Assembly (NCBI GenBank): GCA_951406725.2
Contig: OX597820.1
Coordinates: 8,060,001-8,124,000 of the forward strand
Source of the DNA: Octopus vulgaris
Lineage: Eukaryota
Direction of reading: 5' to 3'
Length of the DNA: 64,000 nt
Shown here: positions 41,700 through 54,250 of the stretch, piece after piece
How the letters are laid out: each line of letters begins with the position of its first letter
Numbering within the stretch: position 1 is the stretch's first letter
Notes under the pieces: model-generated
Database searches by the model: none
What the model was told of the DNA's origin: nothing
Seen by the model: only the letters and a program-made list of their open reading frames with translations
Made by a program: the position numbers and the translations under genes

Positions 41700-44250
41700 G
41701 GGATGCAAGGAATATTGAACATTCCAGAGAGGGGGATTTGAAGGTGAAGGGAGGAAAGGATGGAAGGAATATTGAACATTCCAGAGAGGGGGATTTGAGG
41801 GTGAAGAGGAGGAAGGGATGCAAGGAATATTGAACATTCCAGAGAGGGGGATTTGAAGGTGAAGGAGAGTAAGGGATGGAAGGAATATTGAACATTCCAG
41901 AGAGGGGGATTTGAAGGTGAAGGGGAGGAAGGGATGGAAGGAATATTGAACATTCCAGAGAGGGAAATTTGAGGGTGAAGAGGAGGAAGGGATGCAAGGA
42001 ATATTGGACATTCCAGAGAGGGGGATTTGAAGGTGAAGGGTAGGAAGTGGAACAAGGAATATTGAACATTCCAGAGAGGGGGATTTGAAGGTGAAGAGGA
42101 GGAAGGAATGGAAGGAATATTAAACATTCCAGAGAGGGGGATTTGAAGGTGAATTGGAGGAAGGGATGGAAGGAATATTGAACATTCCAGAGAGGGGGAT
42201 TTGAATGTGAAGGGGAGGAAGGGATGGAAGGAATATTGAACATTCCAGAGAGGGGGATTTGAAAGTGAAGGAGAGTAAGGGATGGAAGGAATATTGAACA
42301 TTCCAGAGAGAGGGATTTGAAGGTGAATGGTGAGAAGGGGGGAAGAAATATTAAACATTCCAGAGAGGGGGATTTGGAGGTGAAGGGGAGGAATGGATGG
42401 AAGGAATATTGAACATTCCAGAGAGGGGGATTTGAAGGTGAAGGGGAGGAAGGAATGGAAGGAATATTGAACATTCCAGAGAGGGGATTTGAAGGTGAAG
42501 GGGAGGAAGGAATGAAAGTAATATTGAACATTCCAGAGAGGGGGATTTGAAGGTGAAGGAGAATAAGGGATGGAAGGAATATTGAACATTCCAGAGAGGG
42601 GGATTTGAAGGTGAATGGGAAGAAGGGGAGGAAGAAATATTAAACATTCCAGAGAGGGGGATTTGAATGTGAAGTGGAGGAAGGGATTAAAGGAATATTG
42701 AACATTCCAGAGAGGGGGATTTGAAGGTGAAGGGGATGAAGGAATGGAAGGAATATTGAACATTCCAGAAAGGGGGATTTGAAGGTGAAGGAGACGAAGG
42801 GGAGGAAGGAATATTGAACATTCCAGAAAAAGGGATTTGAAGGCGAAGGGGAGTAGGGGGAGGAAGGAATATTAAACATTCCAGAAAGAGGGATTTGAAG
42901 GTGAAGGGGAGGAAGGAGAGGAAGGAATATTAAACATTCCAGAGAGGGGGATTTGAAGGTGAAGGGGAAGAAGGGATGCAAGGAATATTGAACATTCCAG
43001 AGAGGGGGATTTGAAGGTGAAGGGAGGAAAGGATGGAAGGAATATTGAACATTCCAGAGAGGGGGATTTGAGGGTGAAGAGGAGGAAGGGATGGAAGGAA
43101 TATTGAACATTCCAGAGAGGGGGATTTGAAGGTGAAGGAGAGTAAGGGATGGAAGGAATATTGAACATTCCAGAGAGGGGGATTTGAAGGTGAAGGGGAG
43201 GAAGGGATGGAAGGAATATTGAACATTCCAGAGAGGGAAATTTGAGGGTGAAGAGGAGGAAGGGATGCAAGGAATATTGAACATTCCAGAGAGGGGGATT
43301 TGAAGGTGAAGGGGAGGAAGTGGAAGAAGGAATATTGAACATTCCAGTGAGGGGGATTTGAAGGTGAAGGGGAGGATGGAATGGAAGGAATATTAAACAT
43401 TCCAGAGAGGGGGATTTGAAGGTGAATGGGAGGAAGGGATGGAAGGAATATTGAACATTCCAGAGAGGGGGATTTGAATGTGAAGGGGAGGAAGGGATGG
43501 AAGGAATATTGAACATTCCACAGAGGGGGATTTGAAAGTGAAGGAGAGTAAGGGATGGAAGGAATATTGAACATTACAGAGAGAGGGATTTGAAGGTGAA
43601 AGGTGAGAAGGGGGAAGAAATATTAAACATTCCAGAGAGGGGGATTTGGAGGTGAAGGGGAGGAAGGGATGGAAGGAATATTGAACATTCCAGAGAGGGG
43701 GATTTGATGGTGAAGGGGAGGAAGGAATGGAAGGAATATTGAACATTCCAGAGAGGGGATTTGAAGGTGAAGGGGAGGAAGGAATGAAAGTAATATTGAA
43801 CATTCCAGAGAGGGGGATTTGAAGGTGAAGGAGAATAAGGGATGGAAGGAATATTGAACATTCCAGAGAGGGGGATTTGAAGGTGAATGGGAAGAAGGGA
43901 GGAAGAAATATTAAACATTCCAGAGAGGGGGATTTGAAGGTGAAGGGTAGGAAGGGATTAAAGGAATATTGAACATTCCAGAGAGGGGGATTTGAAGGTG
44001 AAGGGGATGAAGGAATGGAAGGAATATTGAACATTCCAGAAAGGGGGATTTGAAGGTGAAGGAGAGGAAGGGGAGGAAGGAATATTGAACATTCCAGAAA
44101 GAGGGATTTCAAGGTGAAGGGTAGGAAGGGGAGGAAGGAATATTAAACATTCCAGAAAGAGGGATTTGAAGGTGAAGGGGAGGAAGGAGAGGAAGGAATA
44201 TTAAAAATTCCAGAGAGGGGGATTTGAAGGTGAAGGGGAGGAAGGAATGG
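41700..44250 (+). repeat. Tandem higher-order duplication, ~1.27 kb (~22 monomers) x2
   Basis: AGGGAAATTT 41961/43234, GATTTGGAGG 42371/43643, AATGAAAGTA 42511/43783, GAGAATAAGG 42559/43831, AAGGGATTAA 42681/43952; offsets 1271-1273. Boundaries are approximate. Confidence 0.88.
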
Positions 44251-46499
44251 AAGGAATATTGAACATTCCAGAGAGGGGGATTTGAGGATGAAGAAGTGGA
44301 AGTGATGGAAGGAATATTGAACATTCCAGAGAGGCGGATTTGAAGGTGAAGGGGAGGAAGGGTAGGAAGGAATATTGAACATTCCAGAAAGGGTGATTTG
44401 AAGGTGAAGGGGAGGAAGGGGAGGATTGAATATTGAACATTCCAGAGAGGGGGATTAGAAGGTGAAGTGGAGGAAGGTGAGGAAAGAATATTGAACATTC
44501 CGGAGAGGGGAATTTGAAGGTGAAGGGGACAAACGGGAGGAAGGAATATTGAACATTCCAGAGAGGGGGATTTGAAGGTGAAGGGAGGAAGGGATGGAAG
44601 GCATATTGAACATTCCAGAGAGGGGGATTTGAGGGTGAAGAGGAGGAAGGGATGCAAAGAATATTGAACATTCCAGAGAGGGGAATTTGAAGGTGAAGGG
44701 GAGGAAGGGGAGGAAGGAATATTGAACATTCCAGAGAGGGGAATTTGAAGGTGAAGGGGAGGAAGGGGAGGAAGTAATATTAAACCTTCCAGAGAGGGGG
44801 ATTTGAGGGTGAAGGGGAGGAATGGGAGGAAGGAATATTAGACATTCCAGAGAGGGGGATTTGAAGGTGAAGGGGAGGAAGGAGAGAAAGGAATATTAAA
44901 CATTCCGGAGAGGGGGATTTGAAGGTGTAGGGGAGGAAGCGGAGGAAGGAATATTAAACATTCCAGAGAGGGGGATTTGAAGGTGAAGGGGAGGAAGGGG
45001 AGGAAGGAATATTAAATATTACAGAGAGGGGAATTTGAAAGTGAAGGGGAGGAAGGGGAGGAAGGAATATTGAACATTCCAGAGAGGAAGATTTGAAGGT
45101 GAAGGGGAGGAAGGGGAGGAAGGAGTATTAAACATTCCAGAGAGGGGAATTTGAAGATGAAAGGGAGGAAGGAATGGAAGGAATATTAAACATTCCAGAG
45201 AGGAGGATTTGAAGGTGAAGGGGAGGAAGGGGAGGAAGGAATATTGAACATTCCAGAAAGGGGGATTTGAAGGTGGAGGGGAGGAAGGGGAGGAAAGAAT
45301 ATTAAACATTCCAGAGAGGGGGATTTAAAGGTGAAGGTGAGGAAGGAGAGAAAGGAATATTAAACATTCCAGAGAGGGGGATTTGAAGGTGAAGGGGAGG
45401 AAGGGGAGGAAGGAATATTAAACATTCTGGAGAGGGGGATTTGAAGTTGAAGGGGAGAAAGGGGAGGAAGGAATATGAAACATTCCAGAAAGGGGGATTT
45501 GAAGGTGATGGGCGAAGGGGAGGAAGGAATATTAATCATTCCAGAGAGGGGGATTTGGAGGTGAAGGGGATGAAGGAGAGGATGGAATATTGACCATTCC
45601 AGAGAGAGGATTTGAAGGTGAAGGGGAGGAAGGAATTTTGAACATTTCAGATAGGGTGATTTGAAGGTGAAGGAGAGGAAGTGGAGGAAGGTATATTGAA
45701 CATTCCAGAGAGGGGGCTTTGAAGGTGAAGGAGAGTAAGGGATGGAAGGAATATTGGACATTCCAGAGAGGGGGATTTGAAGGTGAAGGAGAGGAAGGGA
45801 GGAAGGAATATTAAACATTCCAGAGAGAGGATTTGAAGGTGAAGGAGAGTAACGGATGGAAGGAATATTGAACATTCCAGAGAGGGGGATTTGAAGGTGA
45901 ATGGTGGAAGGGGAGGAAGGAATATTGAACATTCCAGAAAGGGGGATTTGAAGGTGATATAGAAGAAGGGGAGGAAGGAATATTGAACATTACAGAGAGG
46001 GGGATTTGAAGTTGAAGAGGAGGAAGGGGAGAAAGGAATATTGAACATTCCAGAGAGGGGGATATGAAGGTGAAGGAGAGTAAGGGATGGAATGAATATT
46101 GAACATTCCAGAGACAGGGATTTGAAGGTGAAAGGGAGGAAGGGATGGAAGGAATATTGAACATTCCAGAGAGGGGGATTTGAAGGTGAAGGAGAGTAAT
46201 GATGGAAGGAATATTGAACATTCCAGAGAGGGGATTTGAAGGTGAAGGAGAGTAAGGGATGGAAGGAATATTGAACATTCCAGAGAGGGGTATTTGAAGG
46301 TGAAGGAGAGGAAGGGGAGGAAGTAATATTAAACATTCCAGTGAGGGGGATTTGACGGTGAAGGGGAGGAAGGGGAGGAAGGAATATTAAACATTTCTGA
46401 GAGGGGGATTTGAAGGTGAAGAGGAGGAAGGGGAGGAAGGAATATTGAACATTCCAGAGAGGGGAATTTGAAGGTGAAGGGGAGGAAGGGGAGGAAGGA

Positions 46500-49400
46500 A
46501 TATTAAACATTCCAGAGAGGGGAATTTGAAGATGAAATTGAGGAAGGAATGGAAGGAATATTAAACATTCCAGAGAGGGGGATTTGAAGGTGAAGGGGAG
46601 GAAGGGGAGGAAGGAATATTAAACATTTCAGAGAGGGGGATTTGAAGATGAAAGGGAGGAAGGAATGGAAGGAATATTGAACATTCCAGAGAGGGGGATT
46701 TGAAGGTGAATTGGAGGAAGGGGAGGAAGGAATATAAAACATTCCAGAGAGGGGATTTGAAGATGAAAGGGAGGAAGGAATGGAAGGAATATTGGACATT
46801 CCAGAGAGGGGGCTTTGAAGGTGAAGGGTAGAAAGGGGAGGAAGGAATATAAAACATTCCAGAGAGGGGAATTTGATGATGAAAGGGAGGAAGGAATGGA
46901 AGGAATATAAAGTATTCCAGAGAGGGGGATTTGAAGGTGAAGGGGAGGAAGGTGAGGAAGGAATATTAAACATTCTAGAGAGGGGGATTTGAAGATGAAG
47001 GGGAGGGAGGAGAGAAAGGAATATTGAACATTCCAGAAAGGGGGATTTGAAGGTGAAGGGGAGGAAGGGGAGGAAGGAATTTTGAACATTCCAGAGAGGG
47101 GATTTTGAAGTGAAGGGGAAGGGGAGGAAGGAATATTGAACATTCCAGAGAGGGGGATTTGAAGGTGAATGGGAGGAAGTGGAGGATGGAATGTTAAAAA
47201 TTCCAGAGAGGGGGATTTGAAGGTGAAGGGGAGGAAGGAATGGAAGGAATATTGAACATTCAAGAGAGGGGGATTTGAGGGTGAAGAAGTGGAAGTGATG
47301 AAAGGAATATTGAACATTCCAGAGAGGGGGATTTGAAGGTGAAGGACAGGAAGGGGAGGAAGGGATATTGAACATTCCAGAAAGGGGGATTTGAAGGTGA
47401 AGGGGAGGAATGGGAGGAAGGAATATTGAACATTCCAGAGAGGGGGATTTGAAGGTGAAGGGTGGAAAGGGAGGAAGGAATATCGAACATTCTAGAGAGG
47501 GAAATTTTAAGGTGAAGGGAAGGAAGGGGAGGAAGGAATATTGAACATTCCAGAGAGGGGGATTTGAAGGTGAAGGGGAGGAAGGGGAGGAAGGAATATT
47601 GAACATTCCAGAGAGGGGAATTTAAAGGTGAAGGTGAGGAAGGGGAGGAAGGAATATTGAACATTCCAGAGAGGGGGAATTTGAAGTGGATGAAAGGGAA
47701 GAAGGAATATTAAACATTCCAGAGAGGGGGATTTGATGGTGAAGGGGAAAAAGGGAGGAAGTAATATTAAACATTCCGGAGAGGGGGATTTGAAGGTGAA
47801 GGGGAGGAAGGGAAGGAAGGAATATTGAACATTCCAGAGAGGGGAATTTGAAGGTGAAGGGGAGGAAGGGGAGGAAGGAATATTAAACATTCCAGAGAGG
47901 GGAATTTGAAGATGACAGGGAGGAAGGAATGGAAGGAATATTTAACATTCCAGAGAGGGGGATTTGAGGGTGAAGGGGAGGAATGGGAGGAAGGAATATT
48001 AGACATTCCAGAGAGGGGGATTTGAAGGTGAAGGGGAGGAAGGAGAGAAAGGAATATTAAACATTCCAGAGAGGGGGATATGAAGGTGTAGGGCAGGAAG
48101 TGGAGGAAGGAATATTGAACATTCCAGAAAGGAATATTTGAAGGTGAAGGGGAGGAAGGGGAGGAAGGAGTATTAAACATTCCAGAGAGGGGAATTTGAA
48201 GATGAAAGGGAGGAAGGAATGGAAGGAATATTAAACATTCCAGAGAGGGGGATATGAAGGTGAAGGGGAGGAAGGAGAGGAAGGAATATTGAACATTCCA
48301 GAAAGGGGGATTTGAAGGTGAAGGGGAGGAAGGGGAGGAAAGAATATTAAACATTCCAGAGAGGGGGATTTAAAGGTGAAGGGGAGGAAGGAGAGAAAGG
48401 AATATTAAACATTCCAGAGAGGGGGATTTGAAGGTGAAGGGGAGGAAGGGGAGGAAGGAATATTAAACATTCCAGAGAGGGGGATTTGAAGGTGAAGGGG
48501 AGGAAGGGGAGTAAGGAATATTAAACATTTCAGAAAGGGGTATTTGAAGTTGAAGGGGAGGAAGGGGAAAAAGGAATATTGAACATTCCAGAGGGGGGAT
48601 TTGAAGGTGAAGAAGAGTAAGGGATGGAAGGTATATTGGACATTCCAGAGAGGGGGATTTGAAGGTGAAGAAGAGGAAGTGGAGGAAGGAATATTAAACA
48701 TTCCAGTGAGAGGATTTGAAGGTGAAGGAGAGTAACGGATGGAAGGAATATTGAACATTCCAGAGAGGGGGATTTGAAGGTGAAGGGGAGGAAAGGGAGG
48801 AAAGAATATTGAACATTCCAGAAAGGGGGATTTGAAGGTGATGGGGAGGAAGGGGAGGAAGGAATATTGAACATTCCAGAGAGGGGGATTTGAAGGTGAA
48901 GAGGAGGAAGGGGAGTAAGGAATATTGAACATTCCAGAGAGGTGGGATATGAAGGTGAAGGAGAGTAAGGGATGGAATGAATATTGAACATTCCAGAGAG
49001 GGGGATTTGAAGGTGAAAGGGAGGAAGGGATGGAAGGAATATTGAACATTCCAGAGAGGGGGATTTGAAGGTGATGGGGAGGACGGGATGGAAGGAATAT
49101 TAAACATTCCAGTGAGGGGGATTTGAAGGTGAATGCGAGGAAGGGATGGAAGGAATATTAAACATTCCAGAGAGGGGGATTTGAAGGTGAAAGGGAGGAA
49201 GGGATGGAAGGAATATTAAACATTCCAGAGAGGGGGATTTGAAGGTGAAGGGGAGGAAGGGATGGAAACAATATTAAACATTCCAAAGAGGGGGATTTGA
49301 AGGTTATGGGGAGGACGGGATGGAAGGAATATTAAACATTCCAGTGAGGGGGATTTGAAGGTGAAGGGGAGGAAGGGGAGGAAGGAATATTGAACATTCC

Positions 49401-52400
49401 AGAGAGGTGGATTTGAAGGTGAAGGGGAGGAAGGGATGGAAGGAATATTAAACATTCCAGAGAGGGGGATTTGAAGGTGAATGAGAGTAAGGAATGGAAG
49501 GAAAATTAAACATTCCAGAGAGGGGGATTTGAAGGTGAAGGGGAGGAAGGGATGGAAGGAATATTAAACATTCCAGTGAGGGGGATTTGAAGGTGAATAG
49601 GAGGAAGGGATGGAAGGAATATTAAACATTCCAGACAGGGGGATTTGAAAGTGAAAAGGAGGAAGGGATGGAAGGAATATTAAACATTCCACAGAGGGGG
49701 ATTTGAAGGTGAAGGAGAGCAAGGGATGGAAGGAATATTAAACATTCCAGTGAGGGGGATGTGAAGGTGAATGCGAGGAAGGGATGGAAGTAATATTAAA
49801 CATTCCAGAGAGGGGGATTTCAAGGTGAAGGGGAGGAAGGGATGGAAGGAATATTAAACATTCCAGAGAGGGGGATTTGAAGGTGAAGGAGAGGAAGGGA
49901 TGGAAGGAATATTAAACATTCAAGAGAGGGGGATTTGAAGGTGAAGGGGAGGAAGGGGGGAAAGAATATTAAACAATCCAGAGAGGGATATTTGAAGGTG
50001 AAGGTGAGGGAGTGATGGAAGGAATATTAAACATTCCAGAGAGGGTGATTTGAAGGTGAAGTGGAGGAAGGGTTAGAAGGAATATTAAACATTCCAGAGA
50101 GGGGGATTTGAAGATGAAGGAGAGGAAGGGTAGGAAGGAATATTGAACATTCCAGAGAGGGGGATTTGAAGGTGATGGGGAGGAATATTAAACATTCCAG
50201 AGAGGGGGATTTGAAGGTGAAGGAGAGTAAGGTTTGGAAGGAATATTAAACATTCCAGAGAGGGGGATTTGAAGGTGAAGGGGAGGAAGGGATGGAAGGA
50301 ATATTAAACATTCCAGAGAGGGGGATTTGATGGTGAATGGGAGGAAGGGGAGGAAGGAATGGAAGGAATATTAAACATTCCAGAGAGGGGGATTTGAAGG
50401 TGAATGGGAGGAAGGGATGGAAGGAATATAAAACATTCCAGAGAGGGGGATTTGAAGGTGAAGGGGAGGAAGGGATGGAAGGAATATTAAACATTCCAGA
50501 GAGGGGGATTTGAAGGTGAAGGAGAGGAAGGGGAGGAAGGAATATTGAACATTCCAGAGAGGGGGATTTGAAGGTGAAGGGGAGGAAGTGATGGAAGGAA
50601 TATAAAACATTCCAGAGAGGGGGATTTGAAGGTGAAGGAGAGTAAGGGATGGAAGGAATATTAAACATTCCAGAGAGGGGGATTTGAAGGTGAAGGGGAG
50701 GAATGGATGGAAGAAATATTAAACATTCCAGAGAGGGGGATTTGAAGGTGAAGAGGAGGAAGGGATGAGAGGAATATTAAAAATTCCAGGGAGGGGGATT
50801 TGAAGGTGAAGGAGAGGAAGGGATGGAAGGAATATTAAACATTCCAGTGAGGGGGATTTGAAGGTGAATGGGAGGAAGGGATGGAAGGAATATTAAACAT
50901 TCCAGAGAGGGGGATTTGAAGGTGAAGGGGAGGAAGGGGAGGAAGGAATATTAAACATTCCAGAGAGGGGGATTTGAAGGTGAAGGAGAGTAAGGGATGG
51001 AAGGAATATTAAACATTCCAGAGAGGGGGATTTGAAGGTGAAGGGGAGGAAGGCATATTGAACATTCCAGAGAGTGGAATTTGAAGATGAAAGGGAGGAA
51101 GGAATAGAAGGAATATTAAACATTCCAGAGAGGGGGATTTGAAGGTGAAGGGGAGGAAGGGGAGGAAGGAATATTAAACATTCCAGAGAGGGGGATTTGA
51201 AGGTGAAGGGGAGGAAGGGGGGAAAGAATATTAAACATTCCAGAGAGGGGGATTTGAAGGTGAAGGGGAGGAAGGGATGGAAGGAATATTAAACATTCCA
51301 GAGAGGGGGATTTGAAGGTGAAGGGGAGGAAGGGATGGAAGGAATATTAAACATTCCAGAGAGGGGGATTTGAAGGTGAAGGGGAGGGAAGGATGGAAGG
51401 AATATTAAACATTCCAGAGAGGGGGATTTGAAGGTGAATTGGAGGAAGGGATGGAAGGAATATTAAACATTCCAGAGAGGGGGATTTGAAGGGTAATGGG
51501 AGGAAGGGATGGAAGGAATATTAAACATTCCAGAGAGGGGGATTTGAAGGTGAAGGGGAGGAGGGATGGGAGGAATATTAAACATTCCAGAGAGGGGGAT
51601 TTGAAGGTGAAGGGGAGGGAGGGATGGAAGGAATATTAAACATTCCAGAGAGAAGGATTTGAAGGTGAAGGGGAGGAAGGGGTAGAAGGAATATTGAACA
51701 TTCCAGAGAGGGGGATTTGAAGGTGAAGGGGAGGAAGGAATGGAAGGAATATTAAACATTCCAGAGAGGGGGATTTGAAGGTGAAGGGGAGGAAGGGATG
51801 GAAGGAATATTAAACATTCCAGAGAGGGGGATTTGAAGGTGAAGGAGAGGGAGGGATGGAAGGAATATTAAACATTGCAGAGAGGGGGATTTGAAGGTGA
51901 AGGAGAGGAAGGGGAGGAAGGAATATTGAACATTCCAGAGAGGGGATTTGAAGGTGAAGGGGAGGAGGGGATGGAAGGAATATTAAACATTCCAGACAGG
52001 GGGATTTGAAGGTGAAGGAGAGTAAGGGATGGAAGGAATATTAAACATTCCAGAGAGGGGGATTTGAAGGTGAATGGGAGGAAGGGATGGAAGGAATATT
52101 AAACATTCCAGAGAGGGGGATTTGAAGGTGAAGGGGAGGGAGGGATGGAAGGAATATTAAACATTTCAGAGAGGGGGATTTGAAGGTGAAGGGGAGGAAG
52201 GTATGGAAGGAATATTGAACATTCCAGAGAGGGGGATTTGAAGGTGAATGGGAGGAAGGGATGGAAGGAATATTAAACATTCTAGAGAGGGGGATTTGAA
52301 GGTGAAGGGGAGGGAGGGATGGAAGGAATATTAAACATTTCAGAGAGGGGGATTTGAAGGTGAAGGGGAGGAAGGAATGGAAGGAATATTGAACATTCCA

Positions 52401-52560
52401 GAGAGGGGGATTTGAGGGTGAAGACGAGGAAGGGATGGAAGGAATATTGAACATTCCAGAGAGGGGGATTTGAAGGTGAAGGGGAGGAAGGGGAGGAAGG
52501 AATGGAAGGAATATTAAACATTCCAGAGAGGGGGATTTGAAGGTGAATGGGAGGAAGGGA
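46500..52560 (+). repeat. Copy 1 of a >=6 kb segment duplicated at ~11.38 kb offset
   Basis: GATGAAATTG 46531/57912, AGTATTCC 46911/58291, TATCGAAC 47481/58862, AGTAACGG 48731/60112, AAACAATCC 49971/61352, GGTTAGAAGG 50071/61451. Confidence 0.9.
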
Positions 52561-54250
52561 TGGAAGGAATATTAAACATTCCAGAGAGGGGGATTTGAAG
52601 GTGAAGGAGAGGAAGGGGAGGAAGGAATATTAAACATTCCAGAGAGGGGGATTTGAAGGTGAAGAGGAGGAAGGGATGGAAGGAATATTAAACATTCCAG
52701 AGAGGGGGATTTGAAGGTGAAGGAGAGGAAGGGATGGAAGGAATATTAAACATTCCAGTGAGGGGGATTTGAAGGTGAATGGGAGGAAGGGATGGAAGGA
52801 ATATTAAACATTCCAGAGAGGGGGATTTGAAGGTGAAGGGGAGGAAGGGGAGGAAGGAATATTAAACATTCCAGAGAGGGGGATTTGAAGGTGAAGGAGA
52901 GTAAGGGATGGAAGGAATATTAAACATTCCAGAGAGGGGGATTTGAAGGTGAAGGGGAGGAAGGGGTGGAAGGAATATTAAACATTCCAGAGAGGGGGAT
53001 TTGAAGGTGAATGGGAGGAAGGGGAGGAAGGCATATTGAACATTCCAGAGAGTGGAATTTGAAGATGAAAGGGAGGAAGTAATAGAAGGAATATAAAACA
53101 TTCCAGAGAGGGGGATTTGAAGGTGAAGGGGAGGAAGGGGAGGAAGGAATATTAAACATTCCAGAGAGGGGGATTTGAAGGTGAAGGGGAGGAAGGGGGA
53201 AAGAATATGAAACATTCCAGAGAGGGGGATTTGAAGGTGAAGGGGAGGAAGGGATGGAAGGAATATTAAACATTCCAGAGAGGGGGATTTGAAGGTGAAG
53301 GGGAGGAAGGGATGGAAGGAATATTAAACATTCCAGAGAGGGGGATTTGAAGGTGAAGGGGAGGGAAGGATGGAAGGAATATTAAACATTCCAGAGAGGG
53401 GGATTTGAAGGTGAATTGGAGGAAGGGATGGAAGGAATATTAAACATTCCAGAGGGGGATTTGAAGGGTAATGGGAGGAAGGGATGGAAGGAATATTAAA
53501 CATTCCAGAGAGGGGATTTGAAGGTGAAGGGGAGGGAGGGATGGAAGGAATATTAAACATTCCAGAGAGGGGGATTTGAAGGTGAATGGGAGGGAGGGAT
53601 GGAAGGAATACTAAACATTCCAGAGAGAAGGATTTGAAGGTGAAGGGGAGGAAGGGGTAGAAGGAATATTGAACATTCCAGAGATGGGGATTTGAAGGTG
53701 AAGGGGAGGAAGGAATGGAAGGAATATTAAACATTCCAGAGAGGGATTTGAAGGTGAAGGGGAGGAAGGGATGGAAGGAATATTAAACATTCCAGAGAGG
53801 GGGATTTGAAGGTGAAGGGGAGGAAGGGATGGAAGGAATTTTAAACATTGCAGAGAGGGGGATTTGAAGGTGAAGGAGAGGAAGGGGAGGAAGGAATATT
53901 GAACATTCCAGAGAGGGGGATTTGAAGGTGAAGGGAGGAGGGGATGGAAGGAATATTAAACATTCCAGACAGGGGGATTTGAAGGTGAAGGAGAGTAAGG
54001 GATGGAAGGAATATTAAACATTCCAGAGAGGGGGATTTGAAGGTGAATGGGAGGAAGGGATGGAAGGAATATTAAACATTCCAGAGAGGGGGATTTGAAG
54101 GTGAAGGGGAGAAAGGGATGGAAGGAATATTAAACATTCCAGAGAGGGGGATTTGAAGGTGAAGGGGAGGGAGGGATGGAAGGAATATTAAACATTTCAG
54201 AGAGGGGGATTTGAAGGTGAAGGAGAGTAAGGGATGGAAGGAATATTGAA
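50800..54250 (+). repeat. Higher-order duplication, ~1.97 kb (~34 monomers)
   Basis: AGAGTGGAAT 51071/53049, GGGTAATGGG 51491/53466, AGAAGGATTT 51651/53626, AACATTGCAG 51871/53844, TCCAGACAGG 51991/53964; offsets 1973-1978. Confidence 0.85.
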
